IMG/VR virus record: IMGVR_UViG_3300005512_000202
Location: 1 to 31,489 of that record
From: a virus
Taxonomy: Duplodnaviria; Caudoviricetes
Strand: one strand, 5' to 3'
Length of the DNA stretch: 31,489 bases
Shown here piece by piece: positions 25,605-31,489 of the stretch (positions are counted from its first letter, which is position 1; every line of letters begins with the position of its first letter). Below the pieces are notes generated by a model. It made no database searches and was not told the DNA's origin. It was given only the letters and a program-made list of their open reading frames with translations. The position numbers and the translations under genes were made by a program.

Positions 25605-26405
25605 ATGGCAGCAAAGATAATTGACGAGCGTCCTGAAGAGGATAACGTAGATACAGCAAAACTTGACACACAAGAAGAACAGTTTGAACAAGAGCCTCAA
25701 CCAGAGGTAACTCAACAAGCTGAAGAAGAAGATTTACCTGATAAGTACCGAGGTAAGTCAGCTGCAGAACTTGCACGTATGCACCAAGAAGCTGAGAAGC
25801 TTTTAGGTCGTCAGAGTTCTGAAGTAGGTGAGTTAAGGAAAGTTGTTGATAGTTATATTCAGACACAACTCTCACAACAACAAGCACCACAACAGCCTGA
25901 AGATGATGATTATGACTTCTTCACTGACCCTGACAAGGCAGTAAGTAGAGCCATTGAGAACCATCCTAAGATTAAAGAAGCTGAACAGTACACTCAACAG
26001 TACAAAAAAGCATCCGCTTTAAATCAGCTTCAGAGCAAACATCCAGAGATGCAGACGATCCTACAGGACAACCGCTTTGCAGAATGGATTAAGGCATCTA
26101 AGATTAGGACTCAATTGTTTGTACAAGCTGACCAGCAGTATGACTATGAAGCGGCTGATGAACTATTCACTCTGTGGAAAGATCGTCAAACCACTGTCAA
26201 GCAAACTGCACAGGCAGAGAAAGCTGGACGGAAGGAAGCAGTAAAGTCAGCTAACACTGGCAATGCTCGTGGAAATCCAGACAGTCAGTCACGTAAGATT
26301 TATCGTAGGGCAGACATTATTAAACTTATGAAAACTGACCCTGACCGATACCAAAGCCTATCTGATGAGATCATGAAGGCATATCAAGAGGGACGGGTTA
26401 AATAG
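25605..26405 (+). CDS. Capsid scaffolding protein
   Basis: Acidic N-terminus, PDKYRGKS...LA.M..EAEK.LG, helical, directly before the capsid gene. Confidence 0.85.
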   Translation: MAAKIIDERPEEDNVDTAKLDTQEEQFEQEPQPEVTQQAEEEDLPDKYRGKSAAELARMHQEAEKLLGRQSSEVGELRKVVDSYIQTQLSQQQAPQQPEDDDYDFFTDPDKAVSRAIENHPKIKEAEQYTQQYKKASALNQLQSKHPEMQTILQDNRFAEWIKASKIRTQLFVQADQQYDYEAADELFTLWKDRQTTVKQTAQAEKAGRKEAVKSANTGNARGNPDSQSRKIYRRADIIKLMKTDPDRYQSLSDEIMKAYQEGRVK

Positions 26406-26425
26406 CTAACATTTAGGAGAATCTA

Positions 26426-27379
26426 ATGGCTACTTCAACTTACCCCGCCACTGGTGGATTTGTAGATAACACTTCAGCAGCAGTCTTTATTCCAGAGATC
26501 TGGAGTGATGAGGTTATTGCTGCTTATGAGAAAAACTTAGTACTTGCTAACCTTGTCAAGAAAATGTCAATGACTGGCAAGAAAGGTGACACCATCCACA
26601 TTCCTAAGCCCACTCGTGGTTCAGCGAATGCGAAGGTTGAGAACCAAGCAGTAACTGTTCAGAATGCTGTTGAGACCGAAGTAACGGTTGTTATCAACAA
26701 GCACTTTGAATACTCACGTTTGATTGAAGACATTACTGAAGCACAGGCTCTTGCGTCTCTACGTCAGTTCTACACTGGCGATGCTGGTTACGCTCTTGCT
26801 AAGCAAGTTGATGATGACTTGTTTGCTCTTGGTAAGTCTTTCGGTGACGGTGATGGCTCAGACTGGGTACACAGCAACGTTTACTACAACGATGCTTCTA
26901 CTGGTACTACCGCTTACGCTGTAGACACTGTAGCAGCTGCTGACGTGTTCACTGACGCTTTCTTCCGTGACATGGTACAGAAGATGGATGATCAGGACAC
27001 TCCTATGGACGGGCGTTTCCTTGCTATTCCTCCTGCGTTGCGTAACGCTATCATGGGTATTGATCGCTACGTGTCTTCTGACTTCGTAGATGGTCGTGGT
27101 GTTGTTAACGGTAAGATCGGTAACCTCTACGGTATTGACATCTACGTTACCAGCAACTGCCCAACCATTGAAACTGCTGCAGAAAACGCAGCTGGTGGTG
27201 CAGTACGTGGTGCTATCCTTGGTCACAAAGACACCATGGTAATGGCTGAGCAGCAGGGCGTTCGCTCTCAGACTCAGTACAAGCAGGAGTTCTTAGGTAC
27301 TCTGTACACTGCTGACCGTCTGTACGGTACTCAGGTACTACGTCCCGAGACTGGCTTCGTACTCGCCGTAAACGGCTAA
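26426..27379 (+). CDS. Major capsid protein
   Basis: FIPEIWS, KGDTIHIP, G.IGNLYGIDIY.T, LYG..VLRPE; followed by a strong terminator. Confidence 0.92.
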   Translation: MATSTYPATGGFVDNTSAAVFIPEIWSDEVIAAYEKNLVLANLVKKMSMTGKKGDTIHIPKPTRGSANAKVENQAVTVQNAVETEVTVVINKHFEYSRLIEDITEAQALASLRQFYTGDAGYALAKQVDDDLFALGKSFGDGDGSDWVHSNVYYNDASTGTTAYAVDTVAAADVFTDAFFRDMVQKMDDQDTPMDGRFLAIPPALRNAIMGIDRYVSSDFVDGRGVVNGKIGNLYGIDIYVTSNCPTIETAAENAAGGAVRGAILGHKDTMVMAEQQGVRSQTQYKQEFLGTLYTADRLYGTQVLRPETGFVLAVNG

Positions 27380-27387
27380 GCCTCTCT

Positions 27388-27424
27388 AAGCCCCTCTTCG
27401 GAGGGGTTTTCTCTTTTCTTTTTT
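27388..27424 (+). terminator. Rho-independent terminator after capsid gene
   Basis: CCCCTC-TTCG-GAGGGG followed by a long T-rich tract. Confidence 0.9.
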
Positions 27425-27447
27425 GTTTGTTTTCGTAGGAGCAGTAG

Positions 27448-28494
27448 ATGCCTATATACCGTGGTGATGGTGGAGCAGGGGACGCAAGCACAGACGCTTA
27501 TGCCTCCCAGATTGCCACCTATGCACAGACTGCCACTACTAAAGCAAACGAAGCTAGTGCTAGTGCTTCCGCTGCGTCAGCCTCAGCAACATCGGCAGAG
27601 ACTGCTAAGACAGCTGCTGAGTTAGCTGAAACCAACGCAGAGACTGCACAGGCAGCTGCTGAAACAGCACAGACTGCCGCAGAGCTTGCGGAGACTAATG
27701 CTGAGACTGCAGAAACTAACGCAGCCTCTAGTGCATCAGCAGCATCCACATCAGCCTCTAACGCTTCAACGTCCGCTACCAATGCAGCTTCATCTGCTAG
27801 CGCAGCGTCTACGTCAGAAACCAATGCAGCAGCTAGTGCTAGTACAGCTACAACCAAAGCTAGTGAGGCATCAACATCAGCTACCAATGCAGCTACCTCA
27901 GCCACTACAGCAACCACTCAGGCAACCAATGCCGCTACAAGCGCCTCAGCAGCCTCTACAAGCGCTTCTAACGCAGCCAGTAGTGCTACAGCATCAGCTA
28001 GCTCTGCAACGGCTTCAGCGGCCTCTGAGACAGCCTCAGCGGCATCAGCGAGTGCAGCAGCAACTAGCGAGACTAATGCAGCCACTAGTGCCTCTAATGC
28101 AGCTACGTCAGCAACGAGTGCAGCTACGTCAGCTACAGCTGCTTCAACAAGCGCAACCAATTCAGCGAATAGCGCTACAGCAGCATCAGCGAGTGAGACC
28201 AACGCAGCATCTTCAGCAAGCGCTGCATCTACTAGTGCTACTAACGCGGCCACTAGCGCATCAGCTGCATCAACCAGCGCAACTAATGCAGCATCATCAG
28301 CTACAGCAGCTTCAGGGAGTGCAACAGCAGCAGCATCAAGTGCTTCTGCAGCTTCCACTTCGGAGACTAATGCAGCAGCTTCGGCAGCGGCAGCAGCTAC
28401 ATCGGAAACTAACGTAACTAACGCACTCACAGATTATTACACAAGCTCGGAGGTTGACACGTTGTTGTCAGTCTTAGACGGAGGAACTTATTAA
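27448..28494 (+). CDS. Ala/Ser/Thr-repeat fibre stalk protein
   Basis: (E/A)TNAA repeats at mostly 14-aa spacing, resembling the lambda Stf N-terminal repeats; ends in LDGGTY. Confidence 0.75.
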   Translation: MPIYRGDGGAGDASTDAYASQIATYAQTATTKANEASASASAASASATSAETAKTAAELAETNAETAQAAAETAQTAAELAETNAETAETNAASSASAASTSASNASTSATNAASSASAASTSETNAAASASTATTKASEASTSATNAATSATTATTQATNAATSASAASTSASNAASSATASASSATASAASETASAASASAAATSETNAATSASNAATSATSAATSATAASTSATNSANSATAASASETNAASSASAASTSATNAATSASAASTSATNAASSATAASGSATAAASSASAASTSETNAAASAAAAATSETNVTNALTDYYTSSEVDTLLSVLDGGTY

Positions 28495-30020
28495 TGGCTT
28501 CAACAATTAAACTTAAGAATGGCTCAGGTGCTCCTCTTGCTGGAGACTTAGTACAAGGTGAGCCAGCATTAGACTTAACTAATAAGCGTCTCTATACTGA
28601 GAATGCTTCAGGTACAGTGATTGAGGTGGGTACTAATCCTGGTGAGGACGTAACCTTTGCTGATAACCGTAAAGCCATCTTTGGTGCTGGCTCAGACCTA
28701 CAGATTTACCATGATGGTAGTCATAGTTATATTGATGATGTAGGCGGCACTGGAAACTTAAAAATACGTGCAACTAATCTTGTACTACAATCAGCGATTG
28801 ATGAAAACTACGCAACTTTTGTAGCTAACGGAGCTGCTTCTTTATTTTACGACAACGCAGAAAAACTATCCACCACCTCCACAGGCATAGACGTAACAGG
28901 CACAGTCACGGCTGATGGGTTGACTGTTAGTGGGACAACAAATACTCCAACAGTATTTGAAAGTTCAGTGGCGGCTAGTTATGTTCAATTTAAAGACTCT
29001 GGGACTACCGCTGATAATAGCAACCGTATTGGCTCTAACGGCGATACGCTTACATTATGGTCAGGAGGTTCTAAAGCTGTAACTATTGATGCTTCACAAC
29101 GTGTTGGAATTGGCAACACATCACCTGCTACAGCCTTAGACGTAACAGGCACAGTCACGGCTGATGGGTTGACTGTTGATGGAAACGGCTCCTTACTTAC
29201 ACTGGATAATGGCTCAAACCCTGCAACTATTTCTAATACAAACGGTAATATTACAACTGACTTTGATACTTCAAACGCTGGTCGTAATTATACTATTCAA
29301 GCTAACAGTGTTAATGCTTTTAGAATAGCCAACGGCGGAGACATCTCCTTCTACGAAGACACGGGCACGACTGCAAAGTTCTTCTGGGACGCTAGTGCTG
29401 AGAAACTTTCTGTAGGCGGTTCAACCATAGCGGGTACTTTAAACTTACCTAGCACTGGCACTATAACATGGGACTCAACTTCATGCGCTATTGAAGGTAA
29501 CGCTTCAGGCGCTGACTACATTAAGTTTACGACCAATACCTCAGAAGCCATGCGCATAGACAGCTCAGGCAACGTGGGTATTGGTTGTAGTCCTGCTTAT
29601 AAGTTGGATATTAATGGCGGTGCAGACAACACAATCTTGCGTCTCCTTTCAACGGACGACACTTGCGGAATCATACTGACAGATAACGCCTCTAGCAGTA
29701 CAATTACACATCAGAACGGCGATCTCATCTTTAACGCCGATTCTGGAAACGCAGACCCAGCATCCTCTGAAATGGTGTTCCAAGTTGACGCAACAGAACG
29801 CATGCGCATAGACAGCTCAGGCAACTTGTTAATCGGAACAAGTACAGCAGGCGCATCTAAACTTGTTGTTAATGATGACTCAATTCAAGTTAATACATCG
29901 AAGACTCCTGCATCTGCAAGTGCCACAGGTACTACTGGTCAAATTGCATGGGATGCAAATTATGTGTATGTTTGTGTTGCAACTAATACATGGAAGCGTT
30001 CGGCTCTGAGTACTTGGTAA
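28494..30020 (+). CDS. Tail fibre/receptor-binding protein
   Basis: N-terminal IKLK...L..GE.ALD..NKRLY (Mtd-N-like); repeated DVTGTVTADGL and MRIDSSGN modules. Confidence 0.85.
   Translation: MASTIKLKNGSGAPLAGDLVQGEPALDLTNKRLYTENASGTVIEVGTNPGEDVTFADNRKAIFGAGSDLQIYHDGSHSYIDDVGGTGNLKIRATNLVLQSAIDENYATFVANGAASLFYDNAEKLSTTSTGIDVTGTVTADGLTVSGTTNTPTVFESSVAASYVQFKDSGTTADNSNRIGSNGDTLTLWSGGSKAVTIDASQRVGIGNTSPATALDVTGTVTADGLTVDGNGSLLTLDNGSNPATISNTNGNITTDFDTSNAGRNYTIQANSVNAFRIANGGDISFYEDTGTTAKFFWDASAEKLSVGGSTIAGTLNLPSTGTITWDSTSCAIEGNASGADYIKFTTNTSEAMRIDSSGNVGIGCSPAYKLDINGGADNTILRLLSTDDTCGIILTDNASSSTITHQNGDLIFNADSGNADPASSEMVFQVDATERMRIDSSGNLLIGTSTAGASKLVVNDDSIQVNTSKTPASASATGTTGQIAWDANYVYVCVATNTWKRSALSTW
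28888..29177 (+). repeat. 41-bp perfect direct repeat (28888-28928 and 29137-29177)
   Basis: TAGACGTAACAGGCACAGTCACGGCTGATGGGTTGACTGTT twice, 249 bp apart. Confidence 0.9.
29549..29825 (+). repeat. 25-bp perfect direct repeat (29549-29573 and 29801-29825)
   Basis: CATGCGCATAGACAGCTCAGGCAAC twice, 252 bp apart. Confidence 0.9.
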
Positions 30021-30559
30021 TGAAGCAATGCTCTAAATGCAATTTGATGTTAAATCTTGATGCCTTTTATTCAAGCAAAAGGCACAAAGATGGCTTGTTA
30101 TCTCATTGCAAGCAGTGTGAATCTTTGCGTAGCAAATTAAAAAACCAAAACAATAAAGATACTCGTCTTGCTAAATCAAAGGAATATAGAGAGCAAAACA
30201 AAGAGAAGTGTTCTCAAATGTCAAAGGACTGGCGCAATAGAAACAAACAAAGGGTTGCGGCAGTATTGCGAAGCTGGGCTGAAAACAATAAAGACAAAGT
30301 AAACGCTAAGTGGATGAAGCGCAAAGCGTCAAAAACTAAAAGAACACTTCCTTGGTTAACAGCTGAGCATTTTAAGCAAATAGAAGATATTTATTTTTTA
30401 GCAAAGGACGCATCTGTAATCAGTGGTGAACCTTATGAGGTTGACCATATAATTCCACTACAAGGCAAAACAGTTAGCGGGCTACACGTGCCTTGGAATT
30501 TGCAGGTTTTGCCAAAATATTTAAACCGTAAAAAATCAAACACATTATTTGGAGCATAA
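30020..30559 (+). CDS. Free-standing HNH (homing) endonuclease
   Basis: CSKC...CKQC, YEVDHIIPL, GLHVPWNLQ, N..KSN; A-rich relative to neighbours; start ATG 30020. Confidence 0.9.
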   Translation: MKQCSKCNLMLNLDAFYSSKRHKDGLLSHCKQCESLRSKLKNQNNKDTRLAKSKEYREQNKEKCSQMSKDWRNRNKQRVAAVLRSWAENNKDKVNAKWMKRKASKTKRTLPWLTAEHFKQIEDIYFLAKDASVISGEPYEVDHIIPLQGKTVSGLHVPWNLQVLPKYLNRKKSNTLFGA

Positions 30560-30560
30560 C

Positions 30561-30854
30561 ATGACAACTTGGACTATCGCACAACTAGAAAGAAACACAG
30601 CAGACGGTGGAGTCGTAGTAGCCCACTGGAGAGTCACAGCAACTGACGGAGACTACTCTGCAAGCTCTTACGGCACTTGTGGTTTTACACCAGACCCTTC
30701 AGACCCTGCTTACATTCCTTATGAGAACCTCACAGAAACTGACGTACTAGCATGGGTCTATGAGTCTGTAGATAAAGATGCTACTGAAGCGGCACTGGCG
30801 GCTAACATTGAAGATCAGAAAGCGCCTAAGACTGTAGTGGGAACACCATGGTAA
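30561..30854 (+). CDS. Small tail-fibre-associated protein
   Basis: GGAG RBS; V..AHWRV, IPYENLTE..VL.WV, C-terminal GTPW. Confidence 0.7.
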   Translation: MTTWTIAQLERNTADGGVVVAHWRVTATDGDYSASSYGTCGFTPDPSDPAYIPYENLTETDVLAWVYESVDKDATEAALAANIEDQKAPKTVVGTPW

Positions 30855-31036
30855 AACAAGCGCTCAAGTCCAGAACAGTACAGTTTGGCGTAGCACTAGC
30901 CTGCCTGTCTGTACTTCAAGGTTTTGTAGGTTTTATACCTGCAAGTCCTGCGGTACAGGCTGTGATAGGTTGTGCAATTGCTAGCGGTATTGTAATCCTA
31001 CGCTTTATGACAACCATGCCAGTCAGTGAGAGATAA
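30848..31036 (+). CDS. Holin-like two-TM membrane protein
   Basis: KSRT motif then two hydrophobic helices, LRFMTT.PV tail. Confidence 0.6.
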   Translation: MVKQALKSRTVQFGVALACLSVLQGFVGFIPASPAVQAVIGCAIASGIVILRFMTTMPVSER

Positions 31037-31038
31037 TC

Positions 31039-31290
31039 ATGGAACAGTCCTTTATCAATATGCTCGCTGGAGCAGTCTCAGTCTTGTTCGGTTGGATACT
31101 TAAGACCGTGTGGGACGCTGTCAAAGACCTGCAACACGCTGATGACGAGCTAGTTGATAAGGTCAATCGCATTGAAGTCTTGGTGGCTGGCGAATACGTT
31201 AAGCGCGAAGACTTCAGAGCTGACATGGACAGGTTGTTTGATAAGCTAGATTTAATTGATAAGAAATTAGATTCAAAGGCTGACAAATGA
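31039..31290 (+). CDS. Membrane-anchored coiled-coil protein
   Basis: N-terminal hydrophobic helix, EYVKREDF, heptad C-terminus. Confidence 0.7.
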   Translation: MEQSFINMLAGAVSVLFGWILKTVWDAVKDLQHADDELVDKVNRIEVLVAGEYVKREDFRADMDRLFDKLDLIDKKLDSKADK

Positions 31291-31489
31291 TTGCAGAGCT
31301 TGCCGCTTTCAATGCTGCCTACTCAGTAGTTAAAGAGTTTGTAGCAAACGGTAAAGACTTAACCGACTGCTTTGGTTTCATTGGTCAGATGACTACAGCC
31401 AAAGAAGACCTTAAGTTACGGCAAGCAAAGAAGAATGGCTTTACCAGTGATGCTGAAGAGTTTGCAGCACTTGAGCAAATAAAACAAGC
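31287..31489 (+). CDS. Hypothetical protein (partial, runs off window)
   Basis: ATGA overlap; MIAELAAFNAAYSVVKEFVANGKD... open to the window end. Confidence 0.7.
   Translation, partial: MIAELAAFNAAYSVVKEFVANGKDLTDCFGFIGQMTTAKEDLKLRQAKKNGFTSDAEEFAALEQIKQ

Noticed and set aside
27519-28430. Long antisense and alternate-frame ORFs over the Ala/Ser repeat gene
   Set aside because: Shadows of GCN/TCN/ACN codon repeats that lack stops; no RBS or independent signal
28494-30020. Diversity-generating retroelement or invertase shufflon acting on the fibre
   Set aside because: No reverse transcriptase or recombinase in the window; repeats are short, direct and identical, without adenine-specific differences

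Overview
A 31.5-kb section of a lytic podovirus-type dsDNA phage, apparently read across a circularly permuted assembly, with two arms. The minus-strand arm (~6212-19547) is complete. It carries small early genes, two DNA-glycosylase-like genes, a T7-like replication set (primase-helicase, Tyr762-type Pol A, SSB, 5'-3' exonuclease, endonuclease I) and nucleotide metabolism genes (metallophosphoesterase, DUF3310, MazG, class II ribonucleotide reductase). The plus-strand arm carries terminase, M15 endolysin, P22-like portal, scaffold, capsid, tail fibres, an HNH endonuclease and membrane genes (20180 to end), plus internal virion/ejection proteins (1-6182). No RNA polymerase or integrase is seen and the promoters are sigma70-type, resembling SIO1/cobavirus-like (Zobellviridae-like) phages; this assignment is inference. 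The most unusual signals are: (1) a perfect 16-bp palindrome GTTAATCATGATTAAC at six intergenic sites confined to, and bracketing, the early arm; (2) a ~320-nt multi-stem structured non-coding region at ~8930-9245; (3) a shared hairpin element in two promoter leaders; (4) the only two cysteines of the four ejection proteins sitting at one gene junction; (5) paired glycosylase-like early genes; (6) perfect DNA repeats delimiting tail-fibre modules. All calls come from motifs read by eye; no searches were run.
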